Source: Octopus sinensis
Taxonomy: Eukaryota
Direction of reading: 5' to 3'
DNA: 64,000 bases
Assembly (NCBI RefSeq): GCF_006345805.1
Contig: NC_043004.1
Span: 39,246,001 to 39,310,000 of the forward strand
A program made the position numbers and the translations under genes. Positions 1-11,409 of this stretch are shown here, piece after piece. Each line of letters starts with the position of its first letter. The stretch's first letter is position 1. The notes under the pieces are model-generated. The model worked only from the letters and a program-made list of their open reading frames with translations, did not search any database and was not told the origin of the DNA.

Positions 1-219
1 CATCATCAACACCATCATCATCATTATCAACAATGTTTGATGTGTAGAGTCTTCCCAGTACCCAACCGGTAACATCTGTTTATTTTTAGTTGCCATGACA
101 TTAGGGAAGAACCATTTGGCAGATGCCATATTTGTATCTCACCCTCTCTCCCCACGCTGTCTCTCACACACAGACACACATATGCATACCATATGTATGT
201 GTATACATGTATACATACA

Positions 220-576
220 GGCGCAGGAGTGGCTGTGTGGTAAGTAGCTTGCTTACCACCCACATGGTTCCGGGTTCAGTCCCACTACGTGACACACGAT
301 AGCCTTGTGAGTGGATTTAGTGCACGGAAACTGAAAATAGCTTGTCATATATATATGTGCTTGCGTGTGTGTGTGTGTGCGTGCGTGCGTGTGTGGTATG
401 ATTCTGTTTATGTTTGTCCCCCACCATCACTTGACAACTGATGTTGGTATGTTTATGTCCCCGTAACTTAGCGGATCGGCAAAACAGTTGGATAGAATAA
501 TTACTAGGCTTACATACAATAATTATGGGGTAGATTTTTTCGACTAAAGGCCATGACTGAAACAAATAAAAAAAGA
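220..576 (+). mobile_element. tRNA-derived SINE, family A (internally deleted)
   Basis: Head GGCGCAGGAGTGGCTGTGTGGTAAG...GGTTCAGTCCC (A/B-box-like), central (TG)n, CTTAGCGG-TCGGCAAAA body and ATGACTGAAACAA tail; the same architecture recurs many times in the window. Confidence 0.85.
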
Positions 577-687
577 ATATATATATATATATATAAACAT
601 ACATACATATATGCATATATGTGTGTGTGGGTATGTGTGTGTTCCAACGCACGAATGTCTGGAACCTTTTACCGTTTATCAATTATA

Positions 688-828
688 TAAGGTTGTCCCA
701 AAAGTTCGTAGAAAGTCTTGGAAAATAATGGTCTTTATTTTGAGGAATAATTTTTATTGTTTTTGTTAGTACTTGGCGAGTAAAAATTCAATTTTCGCAA
801 GTGTTTACGAACTTTTGGGACAACCTAA
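688..828 (+). mobile_element. Mariner-derived MITE
   Basis: TIRs TAAGGTTGTCCCAAAAGTTCGT / ACGAACTTTTGGGACAACCTAA, TA on both flanks (686-687, 829-830); the interior encodes VLENNGLYFEE*, resembling a mariner transposase C-terminus. Confidence 0.85.
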
Positions 829-1090
829 TAGTTAGATTGATACATACATATATGCATACATACACACTCATACACATATATATACTGATATTTGAGTTGC
901 CCTTTTTTGCCGTTTGTATCACCAAAAACAAGTATGTGTGAGTGCCTGTTTGTGTGTGTGCGTTTGTGTTAGCGTGTGTCTGTGTATGTCACACACAAAA
1001 ACTATGTATCCTAAACTGTGTAAATGCAGGGAAATAGTTTTATATATGTACGCATAGTACTGCTTATACAAATCATGTATACACAAAATA

Positions 1091-1208
1091 TACACACACA
1101 CACACACACACACACGCATACACACACATACATACACACACACACATACACACACACATACACACACACATACACACACACATACACACACACACATACA
1201 CACACACA

Positions 1209-1248
<40 letters not shown>
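1091..1248. repeat. (CA)n/(CATA) compound microsatellite
   Basis: Direct reading. Confidence 0.95.
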
Positions 1249-1249
<1 letters not shown>

Positions 1250-1554
1250 GATCGTATGAGTGTTTCTGGGTGTGTATCTGTTCATAACTTTATCTGCGCA
1301 TGTGTGTAATACGTGGCAACATAGGTGTTGATTTAGTTCAGCTTCAATTATGAAGTCATGGCACTTTTCGTCCTCAAAGGAACAGTCCCAAATAGATAAC
1401 GATGTTTCGCTTAGACAAACACATGATTGTGTCTTTGTAATATTGTATACAAACCATCAGTGGGTTGGCGTAAGGAGATTAAATATAAAGCGAGGGCGAC
1501 TGAAACGGATGAATATTTAGTTTTCTATATTTTAGGTTATGCATTTGACTCAAA

Positions 1555-1594
1555 CCTATGTACGTGTATATACATATATATACCATACCTACAT

Positions 1595-1627
<33 letters not shown>

Positions 1628-1629
1628 CA

Positions 1630-1698
<69 letters not shown>

Positions 1699-1729
1699 AT
1701 GTATGTATGGTATATATATATATATACAC

Positions 1730-1775
<46 letters not shown>

Positions 1776-1787
1776 ATATACATATAT

Positions 1788-1843
<56 letters not shown>

Positions 1844-1850
1844 TATATAT

Positions 1851-1909
<59 letters not shown>

Positions 1910-1912
1910 TAT
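1555..1912. repeat. Compound (CA)/(TA)/(TG)/(GATA) microsatellite
   Basis: Direct reading. Confidence 0.95.
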
Positions 1913-1915
1913 ACT

Positions 1916-2056
1916 CATCGCTTTGAGATTGAGACCGCGACCTGTTCACTGATAAAATTCCGTGCAGCAAAATTCCGAGATGCAGCACGCAATTTTGTCA
2001 GTGAACAGGTCGCAGTCTCAAAGCGATGAAAATATTTTGGCAAATTAAATTAAAAT
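1916..2056. repeat. Palindrome made of two inverted copies of the repeat also seen at 62390-62600
   Basis: The left arm (1916-1965) is the reverse complement of the right arm (1985-2028), apart from a 6-bp duplication and a few substitutions. Confidence 0.85.
1994..2044 (+). ncRNA. Putative minimal type-I hammerhead ribozyme (G3-C8 variant)
   Basis: TTTGTCA-GTGAACA-G-GTCGC-agtctcaaa-GCGAT-GAA-AATATT-T-TGGCAAA: helix I 7 bp (one G:U), helix II 5 bp (closing G:U), palindromic helix III. Confidence 0.55.
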
Positions 2057-2154
2057 TTTTTTTCCAACAAAATATCTGCGCATTTTCATTTTTAGTTTTT
2101 TTACAGTTCACTACATTGATTTTTTTTTTTTTTCAAAACTTTTCACTATTTATA

Positions 2155-2311
2155 GGCGCAGGCGTGCCTGTATGGTAAGAAGCCACATCGTGTTGGGTTC
2201 AGTCACACTCTGTGGGACCTTGGTCAGTGTCTTCTACTGTAACATCGGACCCACTAAAGCATTGTAAGTGGATTTGGTAGACGGAAATTGAAAGAAGCTC
2301 GTTATATATAT

Positions 2312-2344
<33 letters not shown>

Positions 2345-2560
2345 ACCTTTGTGTCTGATTTTGTCTCCATCACTAACGCTTGACAACCGGTGTTGGTGTG
2401 TTTATGTCCCCGTAAACTAGCGGCTCGGCATAAAAGAACGACAGAATAAGTACCAGATTAAAAAAATAGGAACTCCTGGGGTCGATTTGCTTGACCAAAA
2501 GGTGGTGCTCGAACATGGCCGCAGTAACAAAACGGAAACAAATAAAATACTAAAAGAATA
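2155..2560 (+). mobile_element. SINE family A
   Basis: Head, (TG)n middle and GGTGGTGCTCGAACATGGCCGCAG tail. Confidence 0.85.
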
Positions 2561-2748
2561 GAAGGATATGAATATGAGTGTGTATGTGTGTGTGTGCATG
2601 CATATATATATATATATTTACATATATATAAATACATATATATATATTTACATATTTAATTATTTATATATATACATACACACACACATATATATATGTA
2701 TATGCATGTGTGTGTGTGTGTGTGTGTGTGCGCACATATATATATATA

Positions 2749-3012
2749 GTAGCTTAAGATGACCCGCCCAACGCGCGGGTGAGAATGTGGTTGTTACTTT
2801 CTGTTGCTTCCTTTCTGTTTCTTATCGCAACATTCTTCCTCTTTGTTTCCCTCTCATTTCTCTCTCACTTCCCACTTTCTTACTCTTCCTTTACTTCGGA
2901 CTCTCACTCTGCCATTTATAACAAATTAGATTTCCCCGCTTAAATTACAAATCCGCTTCCACTTTACCATGTTGAAAATTAGATTGAAATCGGGCAAAAG
3001 GGACCTAATCTT
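2749..3012 (+). mobile_element. Possible DINE-1/HINE-like (Helentron non-autonomous) 5' end
   Basis: Follows (TA)n and begins GTAGCTTAAGATG with hairpin ACCCGC-ccaacgc-GCGGGT (2762-2780), like the ACTAG...CCCGG heads at 25218 and 40081. No matching 3' end was found. Confidence 0.4.
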
Positions 3013-5090
3013 AAAATAACTTAGCGGTTCGCCAATCGTGATCACTAAAATAACTTAGCGGTTCGCCAATCGAGATCAATAAAATAACTTAGCGGTTCGC
3101 CAAAGAAGCTCGATGAAATAGCTTAGTGGATCACCGAAGGAAATCGATAAAAATAAATTAGCGGTTCGCCATAGGAGATAGATAAAATAATTTAGAGGTT
3201 CGTCAAAGGTGTTCGATAAAATAACTTAGCGGTTCGCCAAACATGTTCGATAAAATAACTTGGCGGTTCGCCAAACATGTTCGATAAAATAACTTGGCGG
3301 TTCTCCAAATGGGATCGATAAAATAACTTGGCGGTTCGACAAAGGGGATCAAAAAAATAACTTAGCGGTTCGACAAACGTTTCAGTAAAATAACTTAGCG
3401 GCTCGCCAAAGGAGATCAATAAAATAAATTAGCAATTTACCGAACGTGTTTCATAAAATAACTTAGCGGTTCGCCAAAAGTGACGATAAAATAACCTTGA
3501 GCTTCGCCATCGTCATCGATAAAATAACGTTTTGCCATAGGAGATCAATAAAATAATCTAGCGTTTAGCCACAGGAGATCGATAAAATAACTTAGCAGTT
3601 CGCCAAAAGAAAGCCGATAAAATAACTAAGCGGTTCGCCAAAGCCGTTCGATAAAATAACTTAGCAGTTCCATAAACGTGTTTGACAAAATAAACTAGCG
3701 GTTCGCCAAAGTATATGAATGAAATAACTTAGTGGTTCGCCAATCACGCTCGATAAAATGACTTAGCGATTAAAATAACTTAGATGTTCGCCAAAGTAGG
3801 TCGATAAAATAACTTAGCGGTTCACCATACGTGATCGATAAAATAACTTAGAGTTTCGCCAAAGGACATCCATAAAATAACATAGCGGTTCGCCAAAGAG
3901 ATCGATAATATAAGTTAGCGGTTCGCCGAACGTTATCGTTAAAATAACTTAGCGGTTCCCCAAATATGATCGATAAAATAACTTAGCAGTTCGCCAAAGG
4001 AGATCGATAAAATAATTTTAGCGTTTCGGCAAAGGGGATCGATAAAATATTAAAGCGGTTCGGCAAAGGCGATCGATAAAATTACATAGTGGTTCATCAA
4101 ACGAAATCGATAAAATAACGTAGCGGTTCACCAAATGGGATCGATAAAATAATTTAGCGGTTCGCCAAGCCTGATCGATGAAATAACCTAGCGGTTCCCC
4201 AAATGACATCGATAAAATAACTTAGCAGATCGCCAAAGAAGATCGATAAAATAACTTAGCGGTTTGCCAAACGTTTTCGATAAAATACATAGTGGTTCAT
4301 CAAACGAAATCGATAAAATAACGTAGCGGTTCACCAAATTGGATCGATAAAATAATTTAGCGGTTCGCCAAGCCTGATCGATGAAATAACCTAGCGGTTC
4401 CCCAAATGACATCGATAAAATAACTTAGCAGATCGCCAAAGAAGATCGATAAAATAACTTAGCGGTTTGCCAAACGTTTTCGATAAAATAACATAGCGGT
4501 TTGCCAAACGATATCGATAAAATGCCTTAGCGGTTCGACAAACGTATTCAATAAAATAACTTTGCGGTTCGCCAAAGGAGTTCGATAAAATAACTTAGCG
4601 CTCGCCCAACGTTATCGATAAAATAAATTAACGGTTCACCAAAGAAAATCGATAAAATAACTTAGCAGATCACCAAAGTAGATGTTCGTCAAAGGAGGTC
4701 GATAAAATAATTTAGATGTTCGCCAAAGGAGGTCGATAAAATAACCCAGCGGTTCGCCCAACGTTATCGATGAAATAACTTAGCGATTCGTCCAACGTTT
4801 AGGATAAAAGGAGATCGGTAAAGTAACTTAGTGGTTCGCCAGGTGTTCGATAAAATAACTTAGCTGTTCGACAATCGTGATCGATAAAGTAACTTAGCGG
4901 TTCGCCAAAATAAAATCGATAAAATTAACTAGCGGTTCGCCAAGGAATATCGATAAAATAACTTAGCGGTTCGTCAAAGGTGACGATAAAATAAACTAGC
5001 GGTTCGCCAATCGATATCGAAGAAATATTCTAACGGTTTGCCAAAAGAAAATCGATAAAATAACTTAGCGGTTCGCCCAACATTATCAAT
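3013..5090 (+). repeat. 34-bp minisatellite, about 60 units
   Basis: Unit TAACTTAGCGGTTCGCCAA-NNNNNN-TCGATAAAA; the 34-bp period was checked at 3971/4005. Confidence 0.95.
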
Positions 5091-5952
5091 ATGTATGTGT
5101 ATGACACGAAATCCAATGCTAAAGTTGCTGAATAATACAATTCCATTTTTACATGTAACCATCTTTCAAGATATGGAAAATCTATTATCTAGGAAATAAA
5201 GAATTTTATAATTTTTAGCGGAAACTTTCTCAAAGAATATTGATAGAAATACCTGCAAGATTTCAACAATTCATTCACGGAGAAATTTCCACCTATGCAT
5301 GAAATTATCTCACCAATTTGTCGGAACTGCAAAAGTTTGCAGAAGAATGTTATTGCATTCCGAGATATACATCACGGCTCTTGGATCAATTAGTATGGAG
5401 ATTGAATGTTCTGTAATGGAACAATCGGTTTTATAACTGTAAATATTATCGGGTTTTGCTGACAGATTCGCTAACGTGTTGAGCAAAATACCCACCGGCA
5501 CTTTGTCAGCCTTTACGTTTTGAGTTCAAATTCTGCCCACGTCGACTATGCCTTTCACGATTAAATAGGTACCAAGAGAGCTGTGGTTGATGCAATCGAC
5601 TTACCCACATCCCCGAAGCTGGTGACCTTGTGCCAAAGTTTTATATCATTATTATCATCCTTTGAGCGTTGGCTATATCTTTTGTTGTGTATTAAGTGTA
5701 CTGTCTTTGGGATGCATATATATTTTACAAGAAACATTTAAGGATCTTTGTGTGTGTTTGTATTATTTGGATGAGAATCCTTAACTCGACGAAATTGTAA
5801 TATTGAAAGCCATACCGAGGAGCGGAGAGATATTAATGTTTTTGAATTTAAAGAGAAATGACATAGAAAAGGAGAATTTCAACAACACAAAAATTCCATT
5901 AACAGTATCATCTTTCCTTTTGTATGCTTTGCTCATGTGGTTTTAAAGATAG

Positions 5953-6373
5953 GGATCTTTTCGGTTTGAACGGCAGTTTTTAACATAATTTCTAGCTAAC
6001 TAAAAAATTTTAAACTTCGTATACTGGTGGAATGTGTTTATAAAACATCTTTTTCTCTTGGCTTTATTGAGAAAATTCTATAGTTCGTAAGATATTTGTT
6101 GTTTTTTTTCTTGAATTTCTGCAATTTCAACCAATCACTGACGTCCATTGACGTAAACAACATTCTGTGCCGTATGAATATGTCCATCGTTTAAGAAACA
6201 AATTGGGTTTACTTACATTTGTGAAGAAAAAAAAGTTACCCTTCCCCCCACCCCTAACCCTAACCCTACCCTAAAATAGACTGAAATTCAATAGATCGAT
6301 ACTAGGGTCATAATTATGGGTGGCAATTTTATATGACACCGCTAGAAAACTGCCGTTCAAACCGAAAAGATCC
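5953..6373 (+). mobile_element. MITE with 28-bp TIRs and internal (CCCTAA)n, copy 1
   Basis: TIR GGATCTTTTCGGTTTGAACGGCAGTTTT; flanks AAAGATAG / AAAGATAT (8-bp TSD, 1 mismatch). Confidence 0.92.
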
Positions 6374-6556
6374 AAAGATATAAATATTACGTTTGTTTTT
6401 TTTTTTATATGAATAGCTGAATATATCACATATTCGAATAGGGTAACCGGAAAGACGACTGTACGATATATATTTTAAAGGTTTCTTTGAATAAATCATC
6501 AAATATCGATTATTAATAATATTCCAATTTATTAAAAGATATCTTTACTTCTATAC

Positions 6557-6771
6557 TCTTTTCTACTCTAGGCACAAGGTCGAAAATTTTGGGGGAGGAG
6601 GCCAGTCGATAAGATCGACCCCAGTATGCAACTGGTACTTAATTTATCGACCCCGAAAGGATGAAAGGCAAAGTAGACCCCGGCGAAATTTGAACTCAGA
6701 ACGTAAAGACATTCGAAATGCCGCTAAGCATTTCGCCCGGCGTGCTAACGTTTCTGCCAGCTCGCCGCCTT
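6557..6771 (-). mobile_element. tRNA-derived SINE, family B, full length
   Basis: Head GGCGGCGAGCTGGCAGAAACGTTAGCACGCCGGG; perfect 17-bp TSD TATCTTTACTTCTATAC at 6540-6556 and 6772-6788. Confidence 0.93.
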
Positions 6772-7202
6772 TATCTTTACTTCTATACATTGTTTCTCTT
6801 TGTCATTTGTTTAAATAATTTGCGATGTGAAACTAAAATTATTTAAGAAGCTTAAGCTTCTATTAAAATGTGTTATCTCTACCTTAGGTATTTCGCAACA
6901 CAATAATTCATTCGTACACACATTGTACCTTAATTCGTCGAACAGTGTCCACAGACGAAGTAATACGGGACCAATATTATCGAAAAAATACATATGTTGA
7001 CTGTCTCATTGAAAAGACAGAATATCTAATGAATGGTATGAGATGGAAGTTCTACTTTTATTTAATTATTTATGTGTCTAAAGAGTACATGAAAATCACC
7101 AGGGAAAACAAATTCGTCTTCATTTGCAATAAATACTACACACTGAGCAAAACCTGAAATACTATGGAGCTTCTCAATATAATAAATATGATATTAATTT
7201 AT

Positions 7203-7965
7203 TCTTCTTCTCTTTTATTCCTTCCAGTCATGTTGCTGCGGTCAGCTGGAGCACCACATTGTTTTTTTACTTTTGCACAACTTCGTTGTTCGGCTGGTTT
7301 CTTTAGGGTGGTGGGATTTCATATCACCACTCCTGCATGTACTTTTCCCTTGGTTGTTGGCCTATTTGGTGTGTGAGGGAGTTTGATACTATTCCCCCTA
7401 TCTGTGCTTCATGCCGAGCTGTTACTTCATCTGGTATCGTGGATAGAAGAATGTCCAGTTTTCAAAGAGGATGTACACGTCGACATTGTGTAAGTTTCTG
7501 AATGTATTTTAACAGAGCATTGAAGAGTTGTGGAACTTTAAACCCTAAGCTACCACGGTACCCGAGCCTGATTTCAGATGGAAAGGACGATTTCTTTGGT
7601 AAAATGTCATGGTGTCCAATCCGTGCATTTGTATAACACTCGATACCGTAATTAGGTACTAGCCCTTCCAGAATTTTCCATATGTAGATCATTGCATATC
7701 TATTGCGTCTTCACTCCAGGAATTAAGTCATAGTTTTTATAGCCTATCTCTGTAATTTATTTGCTGCACTGTCTCAATCATTTTAGTGTAGTGACGTTGG
7801 ACTGCTTCAAACTCTGCTATTAGATCGGCACTATGTGGTGATCACAGCTGAGAGCAGCAGTTCAGGCAGCTGAGAACAAGGGCCCTCCAGGGTATCAACA
7901 TGAATTCTTAGTCACTTGTCGTGAATGACCTTAGAATGCATCCTGCCAGTTGTCACTCAGAATTT
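7203..7965 (-). mobile_element. Decayed CR1/L2-group LINE, 3' end
   Basis: Broken frames read LAGCILRSF..., LVLSCLNCCSQL*SPH...EAVQRHYTKMI, IYIWKILEGLVPNYGI, VPQLFNAL, KLDILLSTIPDE; ends in a GGTGCTCCAGC-TGACCGCAG tail. Confidence 0.85.
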
Positions 7966-9112
7966 GTGCTTCCCTAGAGAGGGCGCCATTGCCTACAACT
8001 ACCTAAACAATTGTTTTGAAAAACCGTAATCCAACAACTTTCAGCAAATATTTCAGAGACAGTTGGAAAAATTTGATAACTCCACACATAACCACCTTTC
8101 GCCAAGAAAATCTTCAAAAGAATGCACGAAACTGATATCCAGAAATACCAGAGACACTTTTCCAACAGCAACACCTAATGAAAACCATCTCTTGTACATA
8201 GCGTACTATTAATTTAGAATCCAAAGCAATAATAAACAGCCTAAAAATAGACAATAGACTTTAAAATAGAACTAGCATTTTATGAATCGTACATAAGATT
8301 CAAAGAAAATAAAAATAATTTCTTTGCCAACCCCAAATGTAGATTGTTAAAAGTGTTTTACATTCCATCGTTTTACATTCCAACTTGTAAGAATAACGTA
8401 CAAATTATCAAGTGGTTCAGTAATACAGATAATATTGAATTCTAAAATATTTGTAGGGTTATACTTGTCTTGAGCGAACACCTAAAACAGATTTTTGGAT
8501 TCAAATTTTTTTTCTATTCCAATTAGTGCTTCTGATACTAAACATAATCGTTCATGCAAGGAAAACGTTAGTATTATACGATCATTTGCAATTTTACGTA
8601 ATGGTCCATACGTTTTTGATATAGCTATGAGATTGCACTATGGGGCAGAAGTTTGAAAATTAATTGAATGGCCTTTTTTAGACTTACTTCATGCAGATTC
8701 CGATATGCAGAATTCGTTTACTATGGTGATGATAGAATACTCAGTTAAAATATCGGAAGTAGGGAATTCTTGTAGATATTTCATCGATATTTCTTGAAAA
8801 TTTTCTTAACTATAAAACAAATTGTCTTACATAATGGAATTTACATATGCTCAAAGATAGTCATTCGTTGAAAAACACAAGTTAATTCTCAACAGTGACA
8901 TTTCAATAACATCAGCCGTCTCATTTCCTATGTTCTGTTTTACAAACCTTATCCTGACGACGTAAAATTATAAAGTGTTTGTCCATGTACATAGAGGAAT
9001 GTACATTATGCGAATTAATATTGAATAGATAAATGTGACATATTTTAATAGATTTTTATTATACACACACACACACACACACACACACGCATATATTTAG
9101 AGTGGGGGAAGC

Positions 9113-9487
9113 ACTCCGTCGGTTACGACGATGAGGGTTCCGGTTGATCCGATCAACGGAACAGCCTGCTCGTGAAATTAACGTGTAAGTGGCTGAGCAC
9201 TTCACAGACACGTGTACCCTTAACGTAGTTCTCGGGGATATTCAGCGTGACACAGAGAGTGACAAGGCCGGCCCTTTAAAATACAGGTACAACAGAAACA
9301 GGAAGTAAGAGTGAGAGAAAGTTGTGGTGAAAGAGTACAGCAGGGATCACCACCATCCCCTGCCGGAGCCTCGTGGAGCTTTAGGTGTTTTCGCTCAATA
9401 AACACTCACAACGCCCGGTCTGGGAATCGAAACCGCGATCCTACGACTGCGAGTCCGCTGCCCTAACCACTGGGCCATTGCGCCTCC
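9113..9487 (-). mobile_element. tRNA-derived SINE, family D head with family C tail
   Basis: Head GGAGGCGCAATGGCCCAGTGGTTAGGGCAGCGG; tail ...CGTCGTAACCGACGGAGT. Confidence 0.88.
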
Positions 9488-9522
9488 AAACGCATATATT
9501 TAACATATAATATATATGTGAA

Positions 9523-9786
9523 GGCGCGTGGCTTAGTGGTTAGGGCATTCGGCTCACGATTGTAAGGTTGTGACTTCATTTCCCAGCGACGCGTTGTTTC
9601 CTTAAGTACCTGGATTTTAAAGGGCCAGTCTTCTCACACTCTGTGTCACGCTGAATCACCCTGAGAACTACGTTAAGTGTACACGTGTCTGTGGAGTGCT
9701 CATCCACTTGCACGTAAAAATTCACGAGCAAGCTGTTCCGTTGATCGTATCCGCTGGGACCCTCGTCGTCGCAACCGACGGAGTGC
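9523..9786 (+). mobile_element. tRNA-derived SINE, family C
   Basis: Head GGCGCGTGGCTTAGTGGTTAGGG; tail CCTCGTCGTCGCAACCGACGGAGT. Confidence 0.88.
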
Positions 9787-9796
9787 TCCTCATAAC

Positions 9797-9859
<63 letters not shown>

Positions 9860-10332
9860 TGTGTGTGGGTGTGTGTCTGTGTGTGTGGGTGTGTGTCTGT
9901 GTGTGTGCGTGTGTGTGCGTACGTGTGTGTGTGCGTGTGCGTGTGTGCGTAACCAACTTGCTCTGGTTGCCTAATCATATTTCGATGTGTTTTATGAAAG
10001 CTTCTTATGGAATACTCCAACAAAAGCAATTTCCTTTCTTCAATTGCTTGAATAATCAGCAACGTGAAATTCAGTCAAATGAGTCTAAATGCTTCAGTTA
10101 CTAGTCAACTAAATGTACATACAATACCGTATGTATTAAATTACGTCCGTTGCGATTGCTTGAGAAGAAGTTCATTGAATTATGGCTCCTTATGCAAACA
10201 CAAAGGCCCAGTAGTTCAATTCTATAGACATGTGTATAAGTAACTACTGTATAACGATCCGCTGCACACACACGCACACATACACACACATACGCACGCA
10301 CACACATACGCGCGCACGCACACAAACACACA

Positions 10333-10365
<33 letters not shown>

Positions 10366-10820
10366 ATGTAGACGAGATATGATGGCTGTGTAGTTAACTG
10401 CTTTCTATGTGTATATAGCGACCTAGAACAACCGTTATTAATAAATGCAAGCGAACGCAAGTGATTCAATACTTTCAACTACCTGAATAGGGATTTTTTT
10501 CTTATATTCATCATGTGTCATTTCAATACACCACAAACTACACTGCTTAAAAAGAAATTTTGGTATGTATGTCATATAAAGGTTTAAAACGCCGTCAAAC
10601 TTACAACGTATAAAGGCAAAAATGTTTTCGTATTTACATGATATAATTGTATGCGTATAAAAGAATGAAAATAAATGCATAAAAAGGTACAAATATAAAT
10701 CGGTAAACATTAAATGGTTTCGCATATTGATTTAATATGTAAGTGTTAACAGAGAGAGAAAGAGGGTTTGGGGGAGAGAGAGAGACAGGTAGGTAGATAG
10801 ATAGATAGATAGATAGATAG

Positions 10821-10875
<55 letters not shown>

Positions 10876-10885
10876 AAGATAGATA

Positions 10886-11034
10886 AGTTTCTTTATTGGC
10901 TACACAGGGCTGCACACAGATGGGACAAGTTACAAGGTAGAGCTTTTCTTTTGGGGATGACAAAAACAAAAAACAAAAGAAACAAAAAAAAGGGGGTGGC
11001 GTAGGTTTTCGATCAAGAGGGATCGTAAAAGGGA
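10886..11034 (-). mobile_element. Tx1-like LINE extreme 3' end inserted in (GATA)n, copy A
   Basis: Matches the 3' end of the 43822-44486 element; GATA arrays on both sides (about 10795-10885 and 11035-11408). Confidence 0.8.
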
Positions 11035-11065
11035 GATAGATAGACAGACAGTTAGACAGACAGAC

Positions 11066-11171
<106 letters not shown>

Positions 11172-11226
11172 ACAGATATATATAGATAGATATATATATA
11201 GAAGAGAGAGAGAGAGAGAGAGATAA

Positions 11227-11279
<53 letters not shown>

Positions 11280-11316
11280 GAGATAGATAGATAGATAGAG
11301 AGATAGATAGATAGAG

Positions 11317-11409
<93 letters not shown>

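Noticed and set aside
3013-5090. CRISPR-like repeat/spacer appearance
   Set aside because: The variable part is only 6 nt, the repeat derives from a SINE, the context is eukaryotic and there are no cas genes.
5090-5500. Protein-like reading frame with two stops
   Set aside because: No recognisable motif; cannot be assigned without a search.
6240-6280. Telomere or chromosome-fusion relic (CCCTAA repeats)
   Set aside because: Only 3-4 imperfect units, always at the same position inside the MITE.
9523-9600. tRNA-like sequences (also at other SINE heads and about 57786-57855)
   Set aside because: A/B-box-like heads continue into SINE bodies and lack a complete cloverleaf.
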